Notes: a model not told the origin generated them from the sequence alone. Shown: positions 17,571 through 26,550, counted from the stretch's first letter. The stretch is DNA of 52,466 nucleotides from a virus (IMGVR_UViG_3300037042_001548:1-52466), one strand, 5' to 3'. Numbers and translations: made by a program.

Positions 17571-19694
17571 ATGGCACTTCCGGCAACACTTTCGCTTCCT
17601 ACGCCGCCTGCGATGCTAGGCGCTGATGCAGACGCAAAGCAAGAGTACTTTGATGCTTTACAAAGGACGCTTGATGCGCTTGATGCAAGGGCCAATAAAG
17701 GCCCTAACTGGTTTCAACTGGCAGGCGCACTGCTTGACCCTGGCCGCACCGGCAATGTAGGCGAGGCCCTAGGGCGTACGTCAACAATGCTAGGCGAGCA
17801 GCAGCAACGGCAAGCCGATATGCAAGTACCAATTGCGCAAGCACGGGCGCAGTTGGCAGGTCAAAAGTATGAGACTGAAAATCAAGCAAAAGCCATTGGC
17901 TTGCTAGCGCAAACGTTAGGCACAACGCCTGACAAAGTTGAAAATCGCCTTGCAGGAGGCAATCTGTCACCGCCAGAGCTCAACAAACTTGCGCAAGTCT
18001 TTCCTACCATTGCGCAGCTGTCGCCTAAAGTCGGTGAGATTGTAAAAGGCGTCTTTGCAATGCAAAAAGACGTCAGTGCTGCAGCGCTGGCACAACAGCA
18101 ATTTAAACTTGACTCAGATAAGTTTGCTGCTGAGCAGCGGCAACGGCTTATCACAAACGCGGCAACTGACCGTACTGCAGGCATGAGTCAAGCTGATTTG
18201 GTTGCAAAGTACGGTACAGATGTCCTAGGTTTAATCCCAGGCGGCGGGATGCCTGCAACGGGGGCTAGGCCAATGCCTGCTGCGGGTCCTATGCCTGCAG
18301 CTGGTCCTATGCCTGCAGCTGGTCCTATGCCTGCAGCTGGTCCTATGCCAATGCCTGCAGCTGGCGCACTGCCCGGTCCTGCAGCGGGTTCTATGCCTGG
18401 TCCTGCAGCGGGTTCTATGCCTGGTCCTGCAACTGGCGCACTGCCTGGTCCTGCAGCTGCTGCGCCTGTTGTGCAAGGCAGTCCTGAAGCCGCGCAAGCA
18501 GTTCAAAGGTTTTTGGAACAACGAATGCAAGGGGCTGCTGCCCCTCCTGTTGTGCAAGGCAGTCCTACTGCTGGTCCTATGCCTGCAGCTGGTCCTGCAG
18601 CCGGTCCTATGCCTGCAGCTGGTCCTACGCCTGGTCCTGCAGCTGGTCCTACGCCTGGTATTCTAGGCGCCCCGGCAGGGCAAGGCGCAGCGCTATTTGC
18701 GCAAAACCCAGGCGCAGGCGAGGTGTATAAGCAGTATTCTGAGTACGCAAAAACTGCGCTAAGCTCTGACCCTACGTCTAGAGAAGGCCAAGTCGCAACA
18801 CTACGAATGCTAGAAACAGCCAATCAGCTGCATAGCATGGGTATTCCTGTACCACGTGATCCTGGCACCGTACGTGAACTGCTAAGTAGACAAGGGCAGC
18901 GCAGCGCACCTGTAACTGTGCCTGCTGTGCCTGCTGCGCCTGCTGCGCCTGCTGCGCCTGCTGCGCCTGCTCTGCTCCCACCAGCGCAAGCGCAATCTGC
19001 CACGCCTTCTGACTTACAATCACTGCCTTTGGCAGCTCGGTCTGACGCAGCTAAACGCCGTTTGGAAGAAGCTGATAAGCCTTACAACTCAAAGCGTGAT
19101 GAGATCCTCACATACACGCCGCAGCTGTTGGAAGGCTCCAATACTAACTTGCGGCAGCTGGATCGCATTGCACGTGAAAAGCCGCAGATCTTTGCATTGA
19201 TGCAGCAGCAAGGTTTGCTGTCAGGTCTTATGACATTGGCACAAGAAGGCGCGCAACTTACTGCAGGCACCTTTAACGCACGCCTTGGCTTGCCAGTTCA
19301 GCAATTCCTTGAAAAGACAAAGCTGCCGCCGCAAGATCAGCAAGCCGTGCGTGATGTTTCTCGCATTCTAGGGGCTGAATTCTTGGCCAATGTGAAAGCC
19401 AACAAAGGTCTTCTGGGCGTTAACCCGACGGACAATGACGCAAGGCTCCTACAAGCGCCTATGGTTAACATTCAAGACTCGGCCAAAGCAGTGCAACTTT
19501 GGTCGCGGCAGCAGATTTTGCTTAACAAGCAACGCGAGGCGCTGTACGGCGCAATGTCCGAGTACTCAGATAGGTCAGGCGCAACGGCAAGCCCACGGCA
19601 ATTCTTTTCCCCTGGCAGCGTGTATGAGCAAATCAACAAAGACTACGCGCGATTTAGAATGCAGCTTTACAATCAGTTCTATCCTAAGAGGTAA
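17571..19694 (+). CDS. putative ejection protein with Pro/Ala-rich repeats
   Basis: 707 aa; helical Gln-rich ends and central PAAGPM repeats; AAGGA RBS. Confidence 0.7.
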   Translation: MALPATLSLPTPPAMLGADADAKQEYFDALQRTLDALDARANKGPNWFQLAGALLDPGRTGNVGEALGRTSTMLGEQQQRQADMQVPIAQARAQLAGQKYETENQAKAIGLLAQTLGTTPDKVENRLAGGNLSPPELNKLAQVFPTIAQLSPKVGEIVKGVFAMQKDVSAAALAQQQFKLDSDKFAAEQRQRLITNAATDRTAGMSQADLVAKYGTDVLGLIPGGGMPATGARPMPAAGPMPAAGPMPAAGPMPAAGPMPMPAAGALPGPAAGSMPGPAAGSMPGPATGALPGPAAAAPVVQGSPEAAQAVQRFLEQRMQGAAAPPVVQGSPTAGPMPAAGPAAGPMPAAGPTPGPAAGPTPGILGAPAGQGAALFAQNPGAGEVYKQYSEYAKTALSSDPTSREGQVATLRMLETANQLHSMGIPVPRDPGTVRELLSRQGQRSAPVTVPAVPAAPAAPAAPAAPALLPPAQAQSATPSDLQSLPLAARSDAAKRRLEEADKPYNSKRDEILTYTPQLLEGSNTNLRQLDRIAREKPQIFALMQQQGLLSGLMTLAQEGAQLTAGTFNARLGLPVQQFLEKTKLPPQDQQAVRDVSRILGAEFLANVKANKGLLGVNPTDNDARLLQAPMVNIQDSAKAVQLWSRQQILLNKQREALYGAMSEYSDRSGATASPRQFFSPGSVYEQINKDYARFRMQLYNQFYPKR
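18273..18971 (+). repeat. coding tandem repeats (18/24-bp PAAGPM-type units; 9-bp PAA units)
   Basis: atgcctgcagctggtcct repeats at 18273-18658 and cctgctgcg repeats at 18921-18971. Confidence 0.9.
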
Positions 19695-19697
19695 TGT

Positions 19698-20723
19698 ATG
19701 GCAACCAGCCCTAAAATGCCGGAGCTGATTCCCAATGATGATGAGGGACAACAAGGTCTTTCACCGCTATTGGACATTGATGAAGTTTTTGGTGAACCCA
19801 TTGGCGCTGCCCTTGCTGCAGGCACGCCTTTACCTGCAAATGCCCGACGCCCTGTCTTTCCTGAGACTGGGCTAACTGCGGATCAAGAAAAATACGCTGC
19901 AGGCGCTGCAGGTGCCATTGCCGGCCCTGCCATGCAGCGTTTGGCTGAAAAAGGGTTTCCTAGTCGCGCAACGCGTGAAGCTGAAGGCGCTAAGCGTTTG
20001 CAAGAGCAATCGCGTACAGCGCAGCTTTTGCGCAATCTTGAAGAAGAAGAGCTTTTGCGTCGAGGTATTGACCCAAAGTCAATGCGCCCATCAACGCCTG
20101 CCGATGCAACGTCCGGCACCAAGTGGATACGCAATTGGGCAGGTATGGATAGGGACATTGCAGGCGGAGTGCCTGAAGCCAGCGCCGCGTATCAACGCAG
20201 TAAAGGGCAAGGCAAGGTTACAGGTAGGATCTCACAGCGGTTTGGGCCTGAAGCTCTACAGCCTGGTGGCCTTTCAATTAACAATCCAAAATACACGCCT
20301 GAAGCGCGCCAGCTTGCTGAAATGCAAGGCATTACGCGGCAAGCTGATGCGCTGGAAGCTCGCAATGCAGCGCAGTCTCGCCTTGCGCAGGCTACACCCG
20401 GGCCGTTGTCGCGTATGGGCAAGGCTGCTATGTCGCCTTTGGTGCAGGGCCCGTTGGCTGGTGGCTTTGCAGGCCTTAGCTTCTACGAGGCGTATCAGCG
20501 ATGGCTGGAAGGCGACCGCTCAGGCGCGGTGATTGAGGCCCTAGGCGGCATAGGTGGACTTATGTCCATGGTGCCGGGCTTGCAAATCCCAGGCCTAGCA
20601 CTTGGTGCTGCCACCATTCCTGCGCAATACTTCAACGATCGCTATAAGACGCAGCCTAATGCAGGACCGGGCTCAGCAGGATCGCAACAAGCAGCCGACC
20701 AGGTCTACCAAGGCGCGCAGTAA
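19698..20723 (+). CDS. putative ejection/membrane-associated virion protein
   Basis: 341 aa; Gly-rich hydrophobic C-terminal segments; GAGG RBS; last gene of the structural arm. Confidence 0.65.
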   Translation: MATSPKMPELIPNDDEGQQGLSPLLDIDEVFGEPIGAALAAGTPLPANARRPVFPETGLTADQEKYAAGAAGAIAGPAMQRLAEKGFPSRATREAEGAKRLQEQSRTAQLLRNLEEEELLRRGIDPKSMRPSTPADATSGTKWIRNWAGMDRDIAGGVPEASAAYQRSKGQGKVTGRISQRFGPEALQPGGLSINNPKYTPEARQLAEMQGITRQADALEARNAAQSRLAQATPGPLSRMGKAAMSPLVQGPLAGGFAGLSFYEAYQRWLEGDRSGAVIEALGGIGGLMSMVPGLQIPGLALGAATIPAQYFNDRYKTQPNAGPGSAGSQQAADQVYQGAQ

Positions 20724-21059
20724 CTAGGCCCGAGATAGCCCTTTGGAGGCTATCAGGCCCATGATGCTTTGCAGCAACTTGATTTGAATTTGCTTGGCGT
20801 CGTCAACGCTAATCGATACGAGATCGTCAAACTCTTCCGGTCGTACCAATTGGATTTGCGTTTGTATGGCATGCAATATGCCATGCCGTTCAAACAGCGT
20901 TGCTACGTTAAACGCTTCCAGCCATACGTTGTAGGCGTCGTCAAGTATGTCGGCATTGCCGGTATGCTTAAGTAGCTCAACCCAGTCGTTGTAGGCTACT
21001 TTGACAACGTCATTGCTGCGTGCGTGAGGCTCTGCGCCATTGATCATGGTGTTTTCCAT
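20724..21059 (-). CDS. hypothetical protein
   Basis: 111 aa; last gene of the minus arm; its stop abuts the convergent gene. Confidence 0.7.
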   Translation of the reverse strand: MENTMINGAEPHARSNDVVKVAYNDWVELLKHTGNADILDDAYNVWLEAFNVATLFERHGILHAIQTQIQLVRPEEFDDLVSISVDDAKQIQIKLLQSIMGLIASKGLSRA

Positions 21060-21259
21060 TTGATGAGTGTAGGTCTAGTAAGTTGCTGTGGCTGGTCAGG
21101 CGCGATGCTTTCAGCACCTCGTGCCATTTGTGCTCTAAAAGCTGCCCATTTGCGTTGCTGCACTGGATCCTCCGACGGAGGCGTCCAATTGTACAGCTTA
21201 CGCCACCGAATGGTGATGTCCGTTGTTGCAGGGGTGTAGACAAATTCTTCTGTGCTCAC
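21044..21259 (-). CDS. hypothetical protein
   Basis: 71 aa; YTPATTDITIRWRK...PPSEDP; GTG start overlapping the upstream stop; AGGAG RBS. Confidence 0.7.
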   Translation of the reverse strand: MSTEEFVYTPATTDITIRWRKLYNWTPPSEDPVQQRKWAAFRAQMARGAESIAPDQPQQLTRPTLIKWKTP

Positions 21260-21978
21260 AGCTCAGCTCCTTTTGTGTTAAACCACATCCTCAGTGTTGA
21301 CATGCCGCCGTCGATTAGCACATGCTGCGGCAAGATTTTGTACTTGTTGTACACAGCATGGGAAATAAAGTTCTTCATCAACAGATAGGCGTGTGCCTCG
21401 CCCATGTCAAGATGCCTTGCGGCTTCATTGCCTATAAACCGCAACACAAACTTGTCACCAAACTCACGCTGCATAAGCTGTTCTTGATCTGGCAAAAGCC
21501 CAATGATGGTCACATGTGGTTTTCGAACGCCTGCGCCTTCATAGGTGGGGTTGTGCTTTTCAAGTTTGAACGTATGTTCCAACTCTTTGACTTCACGCTT
21601 AACAGCTTGAACCAAGGTAGCAGCAATCCTTGCTGCAATTGCCTCTACCATTGCATCCAGGCTTATCACTGGTGGTGGTTCTGATGGCGCTGGAGGCACT
21701 GGATCTACAACCGTAGGGGTTACTACCTCTTTTTGCCCCAAAGGCTTCTGCGCCAGGCTCTTTATATACGCAGGGTACGCATCTTGCATATGCCTAAGCT
21801 CAACCGTAGCTGACGAGTGCGTTGTAAACGCACGATGCCGCTCTTTAGGAAGCTCCTGAGTTTGCGCAGTACGCAACGCAGCCAACTGCGATTGCATGCC
21901 ACCGCTGTGGTACAGCGCAAGCGCTTTTTGCAAAACGGCATTGCGTTCGCTAGTTGTCCAATGGATACGTGTGATCAT
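21256..21978 (-). CDS. hypothetical protein with a DUF2325-like C-terminal domain
   Basis: Start reassigned to MITRIHW behind the GAAAGG RBS; C-terminal VTIIG...FISH...GGMSTL pattern. Confidence 0.65.
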   Translation of the reverse strand: MITRIHWTTSERNAVLQKALALYHSGGMQSQLAALRTAQTQELPKERHRAFTTHSSATVELRHMQDAYPAYIKSLAQKPLGQKEVVTPTVVDPVPPAPSEPPPVISLDAMVEAIAARIAATLVQAVKREVKELEHTFKLEKHNPTYEGAGVRKPHVTIIGLLPDQEQLMQREFGDKFVLRFIGNEAARHLDMGEAHAYLLMKNFISHAVYNKYKILPQHVLIDGGMSTLRMWFNTKGAEL

Positions 21979-21985
21979 GGTGTGG

Positions 21986-22037
21986 TACCTTTCAAAAGTC
22001 AAAAAAGTGTGGGCTAGCCACACGTGAATTATACATC
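21986..22037 (-). promoter_or_regulatory. promoter (-10 TATAAT), hairpin and TTTGACTTTTGAAAGG leader
   Basis: TGTATAAT at 22028-22035, stem gtgtgg/ccacac at 22007-22023, leader motif at 21986-22003. Confidence 0.7.
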
Positions 22038-22811
22038 CAAAAGCCAACAGGAGAAGGCATGTTTGTCGTCAATGCATTTCGTACTCAAGAGTTGAGCCTC
22101 ATGCGTTGTGATGTATGGCGGTCTATCTGCCACTGGCAGGTAGGAATTGGTTGATAGGATCTTATTGAACATCTCCATGCGCGACTCGTAGACATGAAAA
22201 GAGCCTGCGGAGACGGTCAGCGTACCCATTTGAACAATCAAGAGTGCCGCAACGATCTCATGCAAAAACGAGAATGTTGGCAAGTCATTTGCCATACCCC
22301 ACAGAATGTCTTGACTTCGCATGATGGCGCGCATGTTAAGCTTGCCATCCCTAAGCCTAAACTCAATGGCCAAGGTACAAGGCACATCCTTGGCCTCGGG
22401 GTCCATATGGTCTACGTCGGAGCCGTACATGGGGATCACCGCACGACGGGACATGGGGTCTTGCTTTAAGATGTGGTGTATGAACCCTACACCGTGGGGG
22501 CCAAACCAATAGCTACCGTAGTTGCTATTGAGCTTGCCATTGAGCACGATCTTGCCCCACTGCGCTGCGTGCGCGGCAATAGATAGGTCATGCGGATCGG
22601 CTTTGATGTACCAAGCCATTTCGCGCTTTAGGTACTTCAGATTGAAGTTGCGGCCTTCGAAAGAGTTGAACCTCACACCGGGGTCACATACGTATGAAAA
22701 GTTCTCAATTTCAAGACACTCAGCACCGCGTGGGCTGGCCCACTTACCCATCGTGGATAGCCCACGGTACAGGTTGATTAGCTCTTCCTCGGTTCTAATT
22801 CGCATTTCCAT
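22029..22811 (-). CDS. thymidylate-synthase-family enzyme, dCMP hydroxymethylase-like (T4 gp42 type)
   Basis: YLKREMAWY (E64), NSNYG, DPMSRRA, VPCT (C145), MRSQDILWGMAND (D176 where ThyA has Asn), GSFHVYE. Confidence 0.85.
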   Translation of the reverse strand: MEMRIRTEEELINLYRGLSTMGKWASPRGAECLEIENFSYVCDPGVRFNSFEGRNFNLKYLKREMAWYIKADPHDLSIAAHAAQWGKIVLNGKLNSNYGSYWFGPHGVGFIHHILKQDPMSRRAVIPMYGSDVDHMDPEAKDVPCTLAIEFRLRDGKLNMRAIMRSQDILWGMANDLPTFSFLHEIVAALLIVQMGTLTVSAGSFHVYESRMEMFNKILSTNSYLPVADRPPYITTHEAQLLSTKCIDDKHAFSCWLLDV

Positions 22812-23730
22812 AGTCAGCCTCAGTGATGTGGTAGGGTTGGTTGGGAAAATTTTGCATGTGGTACAACGGCGGCGGTAATTTGTAAGCACGCACCTCGTTG
22901 TTCAACGCCCATGTGTACGCGTTGTTGCCTAACGCAAAGATTTTGCTAGGCTTTAGCGCGGCAATAAACGCCGGTGATGTAGGCGTACCTTGATACGTTT
23001 GTGTGTTAGCCCAGTACAGCTGCGTTTCAGCAATGCCTTCGCGCTCAAGTGTATCCGCCAGCATACGACTAGGGCCGTCGTTATCCTGGAAGTTGATGAA
23101 AGGCACAACGGCTGCGGAGGGCCGCACATTTGCACGTGGGCCTTTATCGCAAAGCATCAAGATGTTGCCTTCACGAAAACAGCCGCCTCCAGAATGTTTG
23201 TTTGTGTATGACTTATCATTCAGCTGCTGAAGAAGTTCGCTGAGTGTCCCAGAAGTGTAATCATATTGGATTACTGGTAGGCATGTACGCTGCGGCAGCT
23301 GCTCGTACTCATCATAGACCTGTTTTAGCTGCCCGATGGTGTCAAGGTACTCATCATCAATGCGCGACATGAACGTCTTTGCGCAAACTTCAAAGTCAGG
23401 TTGGCATTGCACAACAACGGCGCCGCGGGACAAGGCCACCCGTTCAAGCATGCGCCGCCTTGGCATATCAACGCGATTTTCGCCTTTACGATATACGCTG
23501 CCGTAAATAGGCTCAGACAGCCATGACCTATCCATGATGACGTGGTCATCGTAGGTTAGGGCCTGCGACATAGAGCGAAAAAAGATTTTGCAAAGATCCT
23601 CACTTTGTACGCCTTTGTATGGGCCGTGCTTGATGACATGCGTCATGCCGTTGCTTTGCAACTGCGCACGCAATGTCTCAGCTAGCGTCGTTTTACCGCC
23701 GCCATCTGGCCCCTCAAGAATGATGATCAT
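22795..23730 (-). CDS. dNMP (thymidylate-type) kinase fused to a C-terminal UDG-like domain
   Basis: IIILEGPDGGGKTT P-loop and IMDRSWLSEPIYG; the last ~130 aa resemble the uracil-DNA glycosylase superfamily. Confidence 0.8.
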   Translation of the reverse strand: MIIILEGPDGGGKTTLAETLRAQLQSNGMTHVIKHGPYKGVQSEDLCKIFFRSMSQALTYDDHVIMDRSWLSEPIYGSVYRKGENRVDMPRRRMLERVALSRGAVVVQCQPDFEVCAKTFMSRIDDEYLDTIGQLKQVYDEYEQLPQRTCLPVIQYDYTSGTLSELLQQLNDKSYTNKHSGGGCFREGNILMLCDKGPRANVRPSAAVVPFINFQDNDGPSRMLADTLEREGIAETQLYWANTQTYQGTPTSPAFIAALKPSKIFALGNNAYTWALNNEVRAYKLPPPLYHMQNFPNQPYHITEADYGNAN

Positions 23731-24617
23731 TTAAGAATGCTTTCAAGTTTTGCAAGTGTTTCAGGCCTAGTTGCGGTTTTTAAGCTGGTGATTTGCTGCC
23801 CAACCAATTGTTGGTGCTGCTCATCGTTCATGGCCTCAATCTCATGCAGTGTATGACTATACGCAGGGCCAATCATTCCAAGCTCTTTAGGATCTCCGCC
23901 AAGGATTGCCCCGGTGTGTGCAGCGTGCAGGTAACGGACTCGCCACCATCCGCAACCCGCATGGGCATAAGTCGGACAAAGAACGCCTTTGTAGCTCCCG
24001 TACTCCCAGACAACGTCACTTTCAAGGATGCGTGGCTGTCCGAGTGCCTTTCCACCAACGCTATAAATTGGCCACGATAGATTTTGTTGGCTTGCCCACT
24101 CATGTGCCTCCCTCGATAGCGACGCGTTGTACCACTCAGCTTTTCTGTAACGCCACGCAAAATGATGGCAACCTGGAGACTCGTACAAAGGCGACGGATC
24201 CCACGTGTGGATGACATCAACCGGCAAGCCCATTAGCTTAGGGTCACCCCATGGGAACAACGGGGCCAGCCATACATGCTGTTGCAAATCAGCCGCAGGA
24301 ATAACATGCTCCCATGAAGGCAGAATCTTCTGGAAGGCCCAATCATCCAAGCTAATAATAGCATCCATACGCTCTTGCAAAACCCTTTTGGGGCCTTCTG
24401 GATGCACAGCATTGTTGTCCAATGGGTACATGTAGAGGAACACCTTGTCAAACTTTGACAGGTCAGTGTCCTCACGCACATAGTCATGTGTTACCTCATG
24501 CCCAAGGGCCTTAAAGCCTTCGCGCATAAGCTCGGGGATTGACACAAACTTTGTAGAGCTTGCGCGCCTGGGGTTGTTGTTATGCGTCTCAGTGACGCCG
24601 GTAATGAGGATCTTCAT
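23727..24617 (-). CDS. putative DNA glycosyltransferase (GT-B, beta-glucosyltransferase-like)
   Basis: MKILITG...ALGHEV...DLSKFDKVFLY...LDDW N-terminal Rossmann pattern; GWWRVRYLHAAHTGAI in the C-domain; operonic with the dCMP enzyme. Confidence 0.65.
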   Translation of the reverse strand: MKILITGVTETHNNNPRRASSTKFVSIPELMREGFKALGHEVTHDYVREDTDLSKFDKVFLYMYPLDNNAVHPEGPKRVLQERMDAIISLDDWAFQKILPSWEHVIPAADLQQHVWLAPLFPWGDPKLMGLPVDVIHTWDPSPLYESPGCHHFAWRYRKAEWYNASLSREAHEWASQQNLSWPIYSVGGKALGQPRILESDVVWEYGSYKGVLCPTYAHAGCGWWRVRYLHAAHTGAILGGDPKELGMIGPAYSHTLHEIEAMNDEQHQQLVGQQITSLKTATRPETLAKLESILK

Positions 24618-24832
24618 ACAACGGCAAGAGAAATGTAGCCAGCCTCAGCGTCGTGGTTCACATCACCCGTGCGGCCGCCGAACTCAAGGTACTTTGCCAC
24701 GGTCATGCCGGACTCATACAGCGCAAACCGCGTCCACGCACGTGTGCCTTTACGCTTTGGGTTTTCAGTAGCCAAAACGGTAATGATGGCGGCTTTATTC
24801 GCGCGACGACGCGCCTTCTTTTCTTCAGTCAT
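24614..24832 (-). CDS. small basic protein (72 aa), possibly DNA-binding
   Basis: NPKRKGTRAWTRFALYESGMTVAKYLEFGG..DVNHD...GYI; AGGAG RBS; ATGA overlap with the glycosyltransferase. Confidence 0.75.
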   Translation of the reverse strand: MTEEKKARRRANKAAIITVLATENPKRKGTRAWTRFALYESGMTVAKYLEFGGRTGDVNHDAEAGYISLAVV

Positions 24833-24880
24833 GCTGACTCCTACAGGGTTATGGAAAAATTGTTGCTGCTGCATTGCATT

Positions 24881-24912
24881 CTTTTCAAACATCAACAGAG
24901 GCCATTGTATCA
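24881..24912 (-). promoter_or_regulatory. extended -10 promoter candidate for the modification operon
   Basis: TGA-TACAAT (TGn plus -10) at 24904-24912, followed by the leader-motif variant GTTGATGTTTGAAAAG at 24881-24896. Confidence 0.5.
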
Positions 24913-26288
24913 CGATGGACGTAATCACGCACTGCATCAAGCAATTTTTGCTGCGTCTTGTCTTTGCGTTTTACCGCTTGCAGGATAGCCTCGTCAACGG
25001 TGTCTTTTGCAATGATGTGATGCACCACAATATGGTTCTTTTGCCCTTGCCGCCACAGCCTACGAATAAACTGCTCGTAGATTTCAAGACTCCAAGTCAG
25101 AGAATACCAGATCACTGCGTGGCCTGCGCCTTGCAAATTAAGGCCATGGCCTGCAGACATCGGGTGGGCAAGCAACACCGGTATTTCGCCTGCGTTCCAC
25201 GCGTTGATGATTGCGTCTAGCTTAGCGCCAATTACGCCACTACCAATTACAGGCGCGTTTGGAAAGGCAGCTTGCAATCTTTCCAAGTCATGCGCAAAAT
25301 GGTAGCCAATGATGCAAGGCTGCCCGGATAGTTCTTCAACCAGCTCAAGTGCAACCTCAGTTTTTGCGTCATGTAAATGTATGCTGGTCTTTTCCGTGGT
25401 GTTGTCATCCATATCCAAGTAAGACCCACCATTGGCGATTTGCTGGCCTTTCATAACGGCAACGGCAGCGTTGACTGCGGTAACGTTACCTGCAGCCAAC
25501 TCAATGGTCAAGTTATCCTCGAAGGCCTTGTACATTTTGCGTGCGGCTGCAGGTAGTTCTATGTAGACGTTGTTGTATGTTAACTCAGGCAAATCTAGAT
25601 GGTCCAGTGCTGCCATACGCAGCACCTTGCCTTCCAGCTTTTCATGGATTCGCTTTTCACCGTCTTGCTGCAGCTTCCACTCGTACCCGCCATACCCGGA
25701 TGGGTAGAAGTACTCTTGCCTAAAGCGGGATACAAACTGCCCAAACGTGGCACCTTGATCAACGATCAGCTGCGGGCCAAAGATGTCCAATAAGCTATTA
25801 GGCGCAGGGGAGCCTGTTAGGCCCCAACGGCGATCAAACTTATTCAGCAACGGCTTAATGCATTTGAACCGCTGTGTTTGCGTGTTCTTCATGTAGCTGA
25901 TTTCATCTACCGTAAGGATTTGAAAAGGCCATGGCTTGCCATTAAGCTGCGATGACAGCCACTGCAAGCCTTCAAAGTTGATTACGTAAATGTCGTGGTT
26001 TTGCTTTAAGACCTTGGCCTTATTGCCACCATGCAGCACGCCTATGGAGTAGCCTTCAAACTGCTCCCACTTCTTAGTCTCGGCAGGCCACACGCCATGC
26101 GCAGGCCTAAGCGGCGCAAGCACCAGCATCTTTTGCACAAGGCCTTTAATCTTCAAGGCGCGAAATGCTGCCAACACAATGGCAGTTTTGCCGAGACCTG
26201 GATCAAGCCATAACGCGCCTGACCCCTGTGAGACCAGAAACTTTACGGCTTCCTTTTGATACTCATGCGGTTCCCAAAACACGATCAA
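24885..26288 (-). CDS. SNF2-family helicase
   Basis: PHEYQ, LDPGLGKT, TVDEIS, LTGSP, SAGHGLNLQ, RRLWRQGQ. Confidence 0.92.
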   Translation of the reverse strand: MIVFWEPHEYQKEAVKFLVSQGSGALWLDPGLGKTAIVLAAFRALKIKGLVQKMLVLAPLRPAHGVWPAETKKWEQFEGYSIGVLHGGNKAKVLKQNHDIYVINFEGLQWLSSQLNGKPWPFQILTVDEISYMKNTQTQRFKCIKPLLNKFDRRWGLTGSPAPNSLLDIFGPQLIVDQGATFGQFVSRFRQEYFYPSGYGGYEWKLQQDGEKRIHEKLEGKVLRMAALDHLDLPELTYNNVYIELPAAARKMYKAFEDNLTIELAAGNVTAVNAAVAVMKGQQIANGGSYLDMDDNTTEKTSIHLHDAKTEVALELVEELSGQPCIIGYHFAHDLERLQAAFPNAPVIGSGVIGAKLDAIINAWNAGEIPVLLAHPMSAGHGLNLQGAGHAVIWYSLTWSLEIYEQFIRRLWRQGQKNHIVVHHIIAKDTVDEAILQAVKRKDKTQQKLLDAVRDYVHRDTMASVDV

Positions 26289-26550
26289 TGTCCTCCTTAC
26301 TGTAAGTCACATGCACCTTGTGACCTAGCCGCGCAAGATCAGCATGCACCTTTTCTTGCAAAGCTGATAGCTTACCTCCCGGCCGTTTAAGCTCTACCCA
26401 AAGCACCTCGCCATTTTCAAGAGCAACAATGCGATCAGGCCAACCGCGTGTAAATCGCACATGCAATTTCAATGTCATCAGCTTATGCTTTTTGCATTGC
26501 GCCGAGAAGTACCTTTCCAGGTCGCGTTCAAGCAGTACGCGTGCTACCAT
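26263..26550 (-). CDS. VRR-NUC domain nuclease
   Basis: LERDLE...GWPDRI...WVELKRPGGKLSALQ. Confidence 0.9.
   Translation of the reverse strand: MVARVLLERDLERYFSAQCKKHKLMTLKLHVRFTRGWPDRIVALENGEVLWVELKRPGGKLSALQEKVHADLARLGHKVHVTYSKEDIDRVLGTA

Noticed and set aside
20727-20759. Hairpin gatagcc/ggctatc at the convergence of the two gene arms, as a bidirectional terminator
   Set aside because: It lies inside a coding region and has no U-tract on either side; too weak to call.
22029-22811. Ordinary thymidylate synthase (thyA)
   Set aside because: Asp replaces the dUMP-specifying Asn, PCT replaces PCH, and the neighbours are a kinase and a glycosyltransferase.
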